64,000 bases of DNA from the NCBI GenBank assembly GCA_028534125.1, contig CM052816.1, positions 86,492,001 to 86,556,000 on the forward strand, given 5' to 3'. The translations under genes and the position numbers were made by a program. The notes under the pieces are model-generated. The model was not told the DNA's origin, did not search any database, and saw only the letters and a program-made list of their open reading frames with translations. This stretch comes from Lama glama. Its lineage: Eukaryota. Positions 49,293 to 62,269 of this stretch are shown piece by piece; positions within the stretch are counted from its first letter, which is position 1; the number at the start of each line of letters is the position of its first letter.

Positions 49293-51134
49293 AATCAGTT
49301 TTTATAAACTAACATATCTATGCATTTTCATTATTTAAAATGGATTGATCTTTCAATGAAAGTTAGTGAGCATTTTATTTCTTTTTCTTGGATTTCTTAT
49401 GTCAACAATATTCAAATTTAAGGCCGCTATAAGAGATAATCCTATACAAACACCCAATGTGTCAAAGTCACTGCTCATCCCTTCATTTTTGGCCTGAAAC
49501 CATATACAGATGCAAACATCACAAATCAGAAGGAGGCTCTGAGAGAAGAGACCTTGCGTTCAGTCACTGATGTGTGTACCCACTGTGCATCCTGCCGGGC
49601 ATAATGTTACTACACACCTACGTGCCCCTGAAAGATTCTGACCTACAGGTGATGTAGCCCAGTGCCACAGAGGCAGACGGAATTTCAAGGCCTCAAAGTG
49701 AATGTGTAAATCAGCTTTCATATGGGTTTGTTCTTCCTTTGAAATATATTCATGTACATTATATAGTTTGAACAGAGTACATACTTCTAAAGTCGCCATC
49801 ATAAACTAAATTTTAATGATTAGAACTGGCATCAATTTATATGATTATAAAAATTAAAGCTGTAGCACAGTGTTACATAACTGTATCACCATATTAGAGA
49901 GTCACCTGATTTTCCTGAGATAAAGAAATACAATGGAGGAACACATGGATAAGATGTCAAAAAAAAAGAAAATACATAGGCTAATTTGTTTGTCTGTTTC
50001 AATGTAGAGAAATTAAAGCCCTTTTTAAAACTGATATAGTAATGTATATACTGATTCCTTTTCCCCTTAAATGTTTATTTTTAGATTTTGTTCAAGTTAC
50101 ACCATAATCAGCATTGCTGTGTATCAATGGTATTTTTTTTCTAGCACATCTAATCATGTGAATGTACAGGCATAAGAATGATATATAATTTGGAGTCAAC
50201 ATCAAAACAAACCAAGCTGGAAAAGATTATGAATGAGTCCAGGAATGACATTTTTGCAAAGTCAATTTGCACTTCATAGGGCAGTCCACCTATTAGTTCA
50301 CACTTAAGCTGGATATTTATAAGATCCATAAATCTGTCATAGTATCTCACACTCCAGCTCAACAGTATGCATATTTATAATAGTAAAATGAGGAGACTAG
50401 TCTGTATTCAATCAGCAGTGACTTATTGCCCCGTGAGAGGAACCAAATATTTTGTTAGCTGCAGACTGTACAAGGCTGGGTCAGACAACGGTTCTCACCT
50501 CAAGAAGTCACTGTAGAGTGTGACAACACTGACAGAGCTGTGTCCTATTAAAGCACAGGGAAGGCTGACCAAGTGTGCCTGCAAGCTCGCAGAAGGCTTC
50601 CCAAGGAAGACTTGAGTCCATCCGAAACCTGGACGAGCTGGCTGTTGTGAGTGGATAAATGTGGAAAGATATTTCACGCAGCATGGATGACATTTGAAAA
50701 GGAAGGAGGCAAGGAACAATGACAATTTTTTTTTCATGGAAGATTTGTACTCAGGGAAGTAACATGTTGATCTTTGCTTAATGTCCTGCAAGACAAAGAC
50801 TTAAACCTGATTCAAAGCAGACCATTTCTTCATCCTCCACAATCATGTCTTTTCAGAGTCTATCTACCAGCCATGTAATGATTTAAAAATCAACCATAGG
50901 AAACAATTTTCTGGTTCCTCTTTTCTCTTATTTCCCACATAACGGACATGGCTCTCACATGTTTTCTCTCCTTCATAGCTCCTTCTATTAGGAGCTGGTG
51001 CAGCGTATGGGTGACATTCTGAATATGGAATCAGATACCCTGGTGCTTAAGTGCCAGCTTCACCTTCCACAACCTCGTGGACATCTCACATGTTATCAAT
51101 GGAGTGTATTCAATCTTGGTTTAATCAGCCCTGT

Positions 51135-51641
51135 TGTGAGGCTTAATTCTGTGTTAACTCGGCTAGGCTACACTGCCCAGTTGTTTGATCAAACACCAGT
51201 TCAGACGTAGCTGAACCATTTTTTTTTTTAAAGATGTGATTAACATTTATGAGCAGTAGACTCTGAATAAAGCAGATTATCCTCCAAAATGTGAAGGCCA
51301 GTCAGTAAAAGGCCTTGGGCACCAAAACAGGTTTTCTGAAGGAGAAGGAATTCAGCCAGAAACTCTAACAGAAATTTTTCCTGCGTTTCTAGCTGGCTTG
51401 CTACCCTACAGATCGGAGACTTTCTAGCCCCCACAATCGAGACAGCCAATTCCTTAAAATAAATCTCTCTCCCTCCCTGTCTCGGTCTCTGTCTTCTGTC
51501 TGTCCCTTTCTATCTGTTTCTGTCTTTCTCTGTCTCTTTCTGTTTCTCTGTCCTTATCTATATGTCTGTCTGTCTGTCTCTTTCTCTCTTGCTTTATATA
51601 TTCTATTGGTTTTGTTTTTCCGGGATAAGGCACTGAATACA
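51135..51641 (+). mobile_element. ERVL solo LTR, MLT2-like, with internal (TC/TG)-rich tract
   Basis: ggctaggcta...cccagttgtttgatcaaacaccagt...taaagcagattatcctcca...agccaattccttaaaataaatctctct...ctattggttttgttt...aataca. Confidence 0.85.
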
Positions 51642-52199
51642 TTCAGATAATGTTTTGTTTTCAATATTATTATTATGCTGACTTTGTTCCACACACAGGA
51701 TGGCTGTACCCTATGAAGACATTTTCTAGTCTGCAGTCTCTTCCTCTCCCAGCGAGTCCTCTACACAGTGGCTGAATAAGCTCCCTATGTGAAAAAAAAA
51801 ACCCTAATAATATTAATAGCAATACAAGTAACAACAGCATAGTAATTGAAATTTGAGTAAAATTAGGCACCTGTTCATCACATAAATTTTATTATTTTAT
51901 ATATTTAAACCTGACAAACCCATAAAACATATATATATTCCCATATTTCAAATATGAAAACCAAGTCTTAAAGCTGTCAGGTCATTTGTCCAAGGTGAAA
52001 CAGTTATTACGAGGTTGAAGCAGGATTCAAGCCAAGTTCCGCCTTACTCCATTGCCCACAGTTCATCCATATTTCAATGCCCCTTTCAAATTTCACATTT
52101 AAAATGTTTTCTGCAGCTAAGCCACCTGGCCCATACCCTTCACCTTCCTTTTCCTCAAATAAAATTTTACTTACTCTGCTTGAAAAATCCATGCCCTTT

Positions 52200-52545
52200 A
52201 AGATCTCTGATTTTTTTGTGTCTTTTCCCATTTTCTATCTGGTACATCTGGCAGACTGTTTCAAACATTGTAGAATTCTGATTAAGAGCAACCTTCTCTG
52301 GAAAAGCTCCCATGACAGCCAATCCACCTGAAGTTGGCTGTGTCCTCCTCTTCCTCTGTGTTATGGAAGAAACACACACACCTCTATTATGGCATTTACT
52401 ATAGTCTGTTTTTTTCCCCTGCTCCTTTAGAATCTGCAATACATAAAGTCAAAACAAGGACATGCCCTATTTCTCTTTCTATTCAATTATATAGCCAAAT
52501 ATCTGACACATAGAATGAATATTTGATAAATGAATGCAGGAATGA
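52200..52545 (+). mobile_element. L2 LINE 3' fragment
   Basis: Ends tctgacacatagaatgaatatttgataaatgaatg, the L2 tail pattern. Confidence 0.55.
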
Positions 52546-54336
52546 AGTGAGTTTGGGAACAAAAGGTGTAACATAAAAAAAAAGTCTTGCTTCCTTAAAT
52601 GCCAGCAACGTAGTAATTAAAATAAAAATTTAAATAATTATTTTCTTAAGCATGTTGATAATAAAAATTAGGTTAGGCAGAGTAGAACAAAATATGATTT
52701 CCTCATTGAACTCCATCTGAAGAGCTTCGTATTTTGCTGAATTTACAGATTTTGAAGAAAGAGAAAAAACTAGTTTGTGACTTAAATTGATTAGACATTC
52801 TAGAACTTTTGAAATACAAAGGATAATTATACAAATTTCTACTTAGCTTTGTCTCTCTGACCCACCAGTTAAAAAGGAAGAAAAATGAAAATGCCTAACT
52901 TCAGGCAAAAATAAGCATGCCACTAATTATAATGAGTCAATTATATTACATAGGCATAAAGTTCTGATATTAATGAGCTATTTTATGTAAGCCTAGTTAT
53001 TCCAAAAAATGGAAATTGATTTGTGCAAATACAAGGACTCCATAGCAGTTATAAAAGAAAGTACAAAATTCAGGTTGTTATCAAACAGAACATCAGCAAG
53101 TAAAGTCTAACCTATTTGGTTATTTTTTCATATGATACAAACCCTCTTACATGTGAAAAAATGCAGCCTTCTTCTGGGGTATGAATGTAAATAGTGATTT
53201 GAGATTCGGGAGGCAAATAAACTGCTAACTTTCTTTTAATTTCAATTGATTAGTTGAAATATAAATGCATGGAACAGCTAATAATAAAGGAAAGCCCGAT
53301 GGGGTTTTGTCAAGAGTATGCTTTTTAAAAAAAGTCTAATTAAAAAATCCCCAATTCAGCCTGACCCTTTCTTTTATTGTCTCTGGGTTAAAGGACACAC
53401 TATGTCCTTAACATACCTCTGTTTTCTAATCTGTAATATGAGGATGAGAATAATTCTTTTCAAATCTCAAAGAGCTGATATGAATGTCAAATATATTAAT
53501 CACTATGAAAACGCTTTGAAAATAATTGAATACTACACTTATATTGCTAATGTTGCTAACAATGTTATTTCTATGATTTTTGTCAAAAATGGGATATTAT
53601 CCCAGAGTACTTACCCCAGAGTACAGTTACTTATATGAAAAAAAATCATGAAAGAAAGAAAATTTATTGAATGTTCTTGGAAAATGTGTTTTTTTTTTAT
53701 TTTCCTAAAATTAGGTTTAGAGGTATATGCTATGCTAAAGTTTTAGAATGGTATAGTAAAAAGTATGCTTGGAGGAAAGACTTTTTTTTGGAAGGAGAAA
53801 AAGTCATCATTTCCTCAGATTGGCTGATGTAATCCACATATCACTAAATGACCCTGCAAAGGCTGAGTCTAAAGCCATACATTGTAAAGGAATCCTGATA
53901 AGGTAACAAGGCTCAGACAGAATGAGCTAGTCATTTATACTAGAGAAAAACAATGTCTCGATTCAAGCCTTCTTGCCACCTGCAGAGACAAGACATGGGA
54001 TTGAGTTGCAGATGATTCTTGAATGCAGCTGAAGAATAGAGTCAGAGAAATAGATTTTCTTGACTTTTTTCATTCAGACTCTTAAAACAGAAGGTGAGGA
54101 AATGAAGAAAGAAGGAAGTGCCTTCAAGTAATCTTCTGTCCATTTCTCCACACTTGTTCTTTAGGCAACTGATTCTTAAAAACAGTCCAACCTTCCTTCT
54201 TGGGATACACGTGGCTCATGATATGTGTTGGATGTGGGTCCTCCTGTACCACTGTGTGACTGCCTCTGTGCTACCACCACAGGTATGCTGGAGGAGGAAG
54301 ACTTGATTTTCAGCTGGATGATCTGAAGAAGCAGGA

Positions 54337-54691
54337 TGCTATGTATTCAACTGTGTCTTGCCTTCCCTAAATTCCTATGTTGAAGCCCTAATCTCCAATG
54401 TGATAGCATTTGAAGATGGGGCTTGAGGAATGTAATTGGACTTAAAGGAAGTCATGATGCAATTTGTGTCCTTATAAGAAAAGACTAGAAAGATTGCTCT
54501 TAATTTTCTTTCTGCCATATGAGAACATAGAAGGTGGGCATCTCCCAGCCAGGAAGGCAGTCCTCACCAGAACCCAACCAAGCTAGCACCCTGATCTTAG
54601 ACATCCAGCCTCTAGAACTGTGAGAAATAAATATAAGTTGTTCAAGCCAACCAATCTTTGGTATTTTGTGATGGCAGCCCAAGCTAAGACA
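54337..54691 (+). mobile_element. MaLR solo LTR, MLT1A-like
   Basis: tgctatg...aaattcctatgttgaagccctaatctccaatgtgat...cagcctctagaactgtgagaaataaat...ctaagaca; 5-bp TSD cagga/aagga. Confidence 0.88.
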
Positions 54692-57600
54692 AAGGATATC
54701 CAGTGAAGCAGCCCTAGGCTAGATCTAAGATTCAGAATATTTAGAATACTGTTTCTGACCAGAGGTATCAGAACCAGGGATCTTCTCATCACCAGTCTCT
54801 TTTCCTTTAGTTCATTGTATAAGAAGTGATGGTGTCACTCTTAATTGCCTTATTCAACTTTAACTCATCAGAAACAAGATCATTTGTATTAGTTTAAATA
54901 CTTGGCTAAATAAAGCAAAACTTAGCAAAATGGGATCAAAAGTAGAATATTTAAAATTGGGATCTTTGGCTACATCATATAGTTTAAATTTTTTTTTATT
55001 TCATTTACCAATTTGTAGGTTATATCATAACAAAATGAAGAAAAGAGTCATGTAAAAACACATTTGTTATGATAATATTTTTAAAAAGAATTGTTAGAAA
55101 TAACAATAATGTTTGGAGAACACAAAATTATTTACTAATTTTATAGAAAAATTCCTCAAGTGGAATACTATACAACTATTAAATTGTATTATGGGAAAAT
55201 TCCATGGAAAAGGGTCACATGTAAATTATATGGATATATATATATAAATCTAAATTTATATATATTTACACAAATGTACATTATGCAACTATAAAATATC
55301 AAACTTTTGTCTAGAGTTATTTCTGGGAAGGATAATTTGGTGTGATTATTTTTTTCAAATTTCCTCTGGTTTCAAAATCTTTACAACTAGCACCCAGTAC
55401 TCACATAATAAAAAGTTATTCTTATAAATAAAGCTATGTGAAGAGAGGCACTGTGTGATTATGAAATACGTCATCAAATAGGAAGACAGTTTCTCTTAAT
55501 GTTTATGGTGAAGAATTCTTGTATTCCATAAATGTTGAAACATGATAGATTGCTTGTATTTGGTTATATCCAATTAGGGTACATGAAATTACATGTTTGC
55601 AGTATCCACCTTATCAGATGCTCTAGTAGAAAAGTTTAGGTTATTTCTATTACTATTTTAAAACTAGTAACAATTTGAGAATTGCATACTTTTTCTTTTG
55701 CTGAAAGTAAGTCTCAGGAGTCTAGTGATTATGAAATGAGACATGTATAAATATATTTAAATCAAAAATTTTAAATAATGATAGGCTAATAATTACATTG
55801 TAGAAAACCAAATATAGACACTGTTAATGGTAATAAATATTAAAATAAGAGGATTATGTGATGATGAAGGAGAAAGAGGGGATGAGGGAGAAACTGAATT
55901 CTTCAGTCTTCAGGACTCAGCCTAGATCTCTCTTCCCTGATGTTTTAAAAACTGGTACCCACTGCTAGAGAACCACCAGCACATACTTCATTGCACTGTA
56001 GTGGTTCATTTCATTATTGTCTGTTGTCTCCACTGTAGTATAAGCTGGAAGAAGGAAAGGATCTTGTCTCTGTTGCTCAGACAGTATGCTCACTATGTAG
56101 CACATTGTCTGACATATTGGAAGTAATCAATCAATATTTTAAAATCAGTTATTGAGGAAGTATAGGCAAATCAAGCAAAAATAGAGTTGGGGGAAAAGAG
56201 GAATAAGAGAAAAAGAAAAAATCTGGATTGTTGGCATGGTTTTTCAATAGAATTGATAAGTTGGTTTGTTTTATTTTTTTATTTTTTCTTCTTTAATCAA
56301 AAGCAGTGTTTTTGTTCTGTGTGGATATAGACACATGAGATATCTGTAAAAGACTTTCAGGGATTATTAATAAAATCTCTTAAAATCAGACTGAGATAAC
56401 AGAAAGTAAAAAAACAAATCTAATATCTTTTAAATATATACCATGTAGATAATAGTTATTTTAGCAATATAGATACCAATCACCAAAAATTCTATCAGTA
56501 TTTATTTTCAGAAATTGAAACAAAAAATACTTCTGTTCTCAATATGAGCAAGGCAACGTAGGGATCAAGGAACTACTAAAAAACAAACAAGCACACAGAG
56601 TAACAAGAGTGGTAAGTGGCATTTATTAAATGTGACAATTTGCTAAGAAATACTTGCGCCAAATATTAAAATAAGTGAAGTACCATAAATTCTCCATCTG
56701 AACCTCTTTAGAAATAAAAAGCAAATATTTTTCTTTTGCTGATTGTACAGTCAGTTAAAAAAAAAAAAAACAGGTGAGTAGAATATTGTTACAAAATGTT
56801 GGCCATAGTGGGGAGAAACAGGAAGCCAGAGGAACTTTCAATTAGTCATGAGCTGCCTGAGAGGTCCTGCTCGATTGGGACAATGGATTTGTTTCACTTT
56901 AGGTCTGTACTGTTAGGGAGAAGGAATTACTGTTTGAGATATTGTACACTGTGCCAATTTCAATACACCAAGAGCAGAGTGGCTGTAAATTTTAGAAAAT
57001 CTATTCCGGGGCACTATGGGGAAAAGTTACAATAAGGCTGATGAAGGTTAAATAGACCATATATTTTAGCTGGGGCTACAAATCTATAGCAAACTCAAGC
57101 CAAGAAAAACAGGTAATGTCTCCAGTTGTAAAGGAAAAAAGAGCTTGTTTTGGATTATTGTAAAAGATAAAATCTTTTTGAAAAGTGATGCAATCTGTGA
57201 CTTAATAAGAACTTTTCTGCTGCATGTATTATATCTGTATCCTTATTCTGTGTATATTCTTTAATGTTTATGTCTATCTACCAGTAACTGATTTTTTGTT
57301 TAAGAAAAATAAAAGTCCTTTGAAAAATAAGCTTAATTTTTTTGGCTTATAATGGCATTATTAGCTGGTAGGCAGTAGCCACAAAATATTTCAGTCATGA
57401 TAAATAGTGTCTATTGATACAACATTATTAATGAATTAAAAAGTCAACAGTGCAGAATAAACCTCCCTCGATATTCTGGCAATGGAAAAGAAGCAAGAGC
57501 ATTTTTTTAAAAAGGTGTTTGATAGGAAGAGACCTGCTACTGAGAAGATAATGATTACCATCAAGTGTTAACCAGCACATGAAATGCTAAAGAGGGGTTA

Positions 57601-59325
57601 GCGTTCTTCTTCTATTTGGTTTCACATTTTTATCTGGGCTGTCACCTCTACTGCTTTCTCTAGTAGTTAATTCTCAAATATTTTGATTTTTGTTTATTTT
57701 GAAGATAATTCTCCATGATGTTTTTACATGCCATAGCTTTGTTGCCTACTCTATTTTCAAGGATGTTTGTATAGCAAAGAGCTTGGAAGACAGAAATAGA
57801 TAGAAATATGTTTCCTGTTGAGTCTGAAAAAGATATGTGAGGCATCCACCTGGGGCAAAATTTGGGCAGGTTTGCTAGTAACTCCCTTATAAAATAGGGA
57901 TTTTCTTAAGCTTAGATTTCCTCAGCTACTGCACAAATCTACTGTAAGTGCAGTGTACAGTTGGGCCTACTTCCGGGTTGCCATAATGGAACTCAGGAAA
58001 CAAGTAGAAGCCAGTGCCAATATAAAATTATGCTGCCTGTTGTTCAGGAAATAATAGACTCCTTTGTTTGTGGCCCAGGAGTCTCATGTCCTCTGCCAGA
58101 ATCTGTGAAACTGTGGGAGATTCACTTCACCATTCTTTACATGTGTAATGGCAGATTATTCTTGTGATTATTCATTTCAAGGAATGAAAAAAGTAGAACT
58201 TATAAAGGGTACATTTATGACCTGCAAACCCAATGACAAAGAGCAGAAGTAACAGCCTTTTGAGTGTGGCTAGTAGAATGCTTATATTAAATATTTCAAA
58301 AATTTCCTCTTTGAACTAGAAAAGTCCTTATTTTTAAATAAGTAGATACTTTAGGTAAATAAGATAATAAAACAGAAGTATCTACTTTTGTGGGGACAAT
58401 GTTTGTCAATGGCCAAAGATGAACAGAATTCTATTTTTCTAATAAAGTGAGAGGTGTTCTTTACTGTAGAAAACCTAAGCCAAGATTCAACTGATCATTT
58501 TCAGGGATTGCCGCAGAGTCAGCTGTTTCAGATGACATCTTAAAATAAAAATGTCCTCCTTATTTTCCCATTTGGAAAAAGCAACTGAGGAAGAGTTCCC
58601 TGTGGTGGTCAAAACTACTGCTGAGTATCGGTCATCCCATCTGTCTCCAGCCAGATTCATCATGAAGGTCAATATTCAGAACATGGCAGCCTTCTGCCCT
58701 GAGGAAGGAGCTGGTTAGATGTTACCTGTAATTCTTTCCTTAGGTGCTGTGCATAACGAACAACTCCACCCCCTCTATTTTTCACTGTTTAAATTTTCTT
58801 TCCAAAACCTGATATTGAATGATCATTCTTCATGGCACATTTTTGGGTCAGGGGAAAATCCTCAACATTATTCAACAGCCAACAAAACTGTTACATCAAC
58901 ATTTCTAACTATATCTTTTGTTTCACTGGCCTGCTTTTTTCCGATTTACTTTTTAAAAGATACTGGGGTCATTTTATAAGAAAGGACCACATTTATAATT
59001 TAAAACTACAAATTTTTTTGCAAAGACTAAATTCACAGTGGTTTATGATGAGCAGAAGCTTATGTTTTGTTGTGTATTATGGTCAGTAGGATTCAGTCAT
59101 TTATTTTCATGATGACAGTGATCTATCTCCTCTGTGTGTTGTGTGATTCAGATTGAATGGACCTAGAATATTTTGCATGTTTCTTTATGCTCATGGTCTC
59201 CGTTTTGATTGTCTCTGATAATTAAACAATCAAATGATTGCCCTTTAATTTATCTTCACATATTAATCTTACTTCATCCCATAATCAAAGAAGTCCTCTA
59301 TCTAACTAAAAACAAATATGCAAGG

Positions 59326-59825
59326 NNNNNNNNNNNNNNNNNNNNNNNNNNNNNNNNNNNNNNNNNNNNNNNNNNNNNNNNNNNNNNNNNNNNNNNNNNN
59401 NNNNNNNNNNNNNNNNNNNNNNNNNNNNNNNNNNNNNNNNNNNNNNNNNNNNNNNNNNNNNNNNNNNNNNNNNNNNNNNNNNNNNNNNNNNNNNNNNNNN
59501 NNNNNNNNNNNNNNNNNNNNNNNNNNNNNNNNNNNNNNNNNNNNNNNNNNNNNNNNNNNNNNNNNNNNNNNNNNNNNNNNNNNNNNNNNNNNNNNNNNNN
59601 NNNNNNNNNNNNNNNNNNNNNNNNNNNNNNNNNNNNNNNNNNNNNNNNNNNNNNNNNNNNNNNNNNNNNNNNNNNNNNNNNNNNNNNNNNNNNNNNNNNN
59701 NNNNNNNNNNNNNNNNNNNNNNNNNNNNNNNNNNNNNNNNNNNNNNNNNNNNNNNNNNNNNNNNNNNNNNNNNNNNNNNNNNNNNNNNNNNNNNNNNNNN
59801 NNNNNNNNNNNNNNNNNNNNNNNNN
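59326..59825. other. Assembly gap (500 N)
   Basis: Run of exactly 500 N. Confidence 0.99.
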
Positions 59826-59852
59826 GCTTTTTAAATAATGAAGAATATGAGG

Positions 59853-60313
59853 TGTTAAGGGTTGAACTGTATTCCGTGAAAAAAGGGTATGTTGAAGTCT
59901 TAACCCTAAGTATCTCTTGGAATGTGGTCTTACTTTGAAATAGGGTCCTTGGACATGTAATTGGTTACGATGAGATCATACCAGAATAAGGTGGGCTCCT
60001 AATCCATTATAACTGGTGTTTTATACGAAGGTGGCTATGTGAAGACAGGGAAACCTTGGGAGAATGACATGTGATGATAGACCCAGAAATTGGAGTTATG
60101 TAGCTGCAACAAGGAACACCAAATATTTGCTGGCAGATCAACAGATACCAGAAGAGGCAATGAAGAAGTCCCTACAGACTTCAGAGGGAGAGCATGGCCC
60201 TACTGACACCTTAGTTTCAGGCTTCAAGCCTCCAAAACTGTGAGATAATATATTTATTTGTTGAAGCCACTTAGTTTGTGGTACTCTGTCATGGAAGCCC
60301 TAGGAAACTAATA
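59853..60313 (+). mobile_element. MaLR solo LTR, MLT1C-like
   Basis: tgttaagggttgaactgt...tatgttgaagtcttaacc...cagagggagagcatggccctactgacacctt...ccctaggaaactaata. Confidence 0.85.
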
Positions 60314-62147
60314 TTCCTGGCTAAGAAAAGGTTCACTTAATTAAAACCAGTGTTAAACCATTATATGTTATTCTAGCTACATTCCTAGAAAAATTGCTCT
60401 TTGTGTTGGTTCTTGTTTCATAATAATAAAAGCCGGTAAGTGGAATATAGAATCCATGTCTTCATTCTTCTATGACGTTTGTATCTAATTCAGTCTTTAA
60501 AATGCCTGAATTTTATGTTCTTACATGTTTTTCATGTTCTTACATGAAAAATATCACATAAAACAAAACACAATCCTCTTTAAAATGTCTCAGATCACGA
60601 TGTGCTTTGTCAAGAAGCCATTTCTCCTACGTTAATTCTTAGACTGATGTAAAGACAGATAGTCATATGAGAAATGGTCTACCTAGAAAGTATTTCTGTT
60701 AACAAAGATAAACAATAGTTCAATATAATTTAGTCCTTGATTTTTCTATATAATTGCTTATTATTCTATTATTAAATATTTGTTGATTTCATGATTGTAA
60801 TAAAATATGAATGCAAGTAAACCAAATAACATTAGTGAACAGTAATGGAATTGTGCTCAGTATCTGTTTGCTTTTATAAACTACAGAAGGAAAATTCAGA
60901 TGGAGGCTTTATCTGCTTTTTAGATAACAGAATATTGCTTGGGATATAGAGAGGAGCTTACTCTGTTAATTTTGTTTTGTTTATGATTTTATGATCATAG
61001 TTATGCAAACAAATGTGTTTGGACAGATTAACAGGGATCATCTTCAAAAGTCTTGTACTTTCATGTCAAGAATACTTATGGGTTAGGAAATACCCAACAT
61101 TGTTATTAACAGCATCATCCTCAGTTAGGAAACATAAGGAAATTTCCCTCTAGATTTGACTCACAAATCTGATCATTAAATAATTTGCCAAGAAGTGCTA
61201 ACGCAGTGCCTTACAATGGAATGATCTTGTTAATTTGGCTGATACATGGATGAAATTCTGGAAAAGTGATGTTTATCTAGGGTTCTGTTGCTGATGTATC
61301 AGTTGTTGGGTATATACAGACACTGAAGAATTTCCAATTAAAGTCAGGCAACTAAAATGATTTCATGCAAGTTTCGAGAAATTACGAATGTTAGGACATT
61401 TTGATCTCTATTGTGTTAGAACATGTATTCAATATTTTGAGAAATAAACTTCCCTTGGTTAAGAACAGTCTCAGAGATCACCTCTCTGGCATTCAAAGAA
61501 ATTGATGTGATTTACCCTTTTTACTTTAGGCAAAAATATATTTAGACTGTCCTGGTAGAAGGGGAAAGAAAATAAAAGGGTGTAAGGATGTAAAGGATAT
61601 TTATACAAATAACCACACTCTAAGGAGGTGATTTGCTCTTCATATCAGAACACATTTGTAGGCTGAGTTTGGAAAATAACTTGTCCCCTCAAGTTCCTGG
61701 AATCTTACATTTTCACTAGTGAAAGCTCCTGACAAATTGGGATGCAGAGAAGCACCTTGCACTTGAACACTTTTCACATTTATTATGTTTCTCCCTGTGT
61801 TTGAGACCAGTCAAGTTGTCAACCACAGATGAAAATAAACTTCTCTTTATATAATGCTTTCTATGGTCCTAAAAACAGTAAGCTGCCCTGCTTTCCAGTA
61901 GATGAGAAACCAACTACAGTTTTCTTTTAGAATCACAGTTTGAAAGTTAATAATAACTGGACTATGTTGCAGTTCCTTTTAAAGACATCTAACAAGGAGT
62001 CACTGAAATCTGTTATGGAGAAATGGACTCAAACACTCGGGATGTGTAATCCATAAATCAGAAACAAAGCTACTTCAAAAGGTTCCCAGATATGAAGTGG
62101 TAGAGATTTGTTCCAGCACCATGTGCACCTGGGTGGCTAGTAAGTGC

Positions 62148-62269
62148 TGTGGCTGTGTAATTTATCATCCAAACCTGCACATTTTGGAGTGAATGGGGGC
62201 GTTATTAATTGTTCAGGAGAACAGCTATAATGGAAATGTCTTGGGTAAATTATAATGTATGGTCACCCA
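62148..62269. mobile_element. MER81-like hAT-Blackjack MITE
   Basis: taatttatcatccaaacc...gagtgaatgggggcgttattaat...gtatggtcaccc. Confidence 0.65.

Noticed and set aside
62112..62132. REST/RE1-like string ccagcaccatgtgca (also the half-site tcagcacca at ~27465)
   Set aside because: The right half-site GGACAG is missing.
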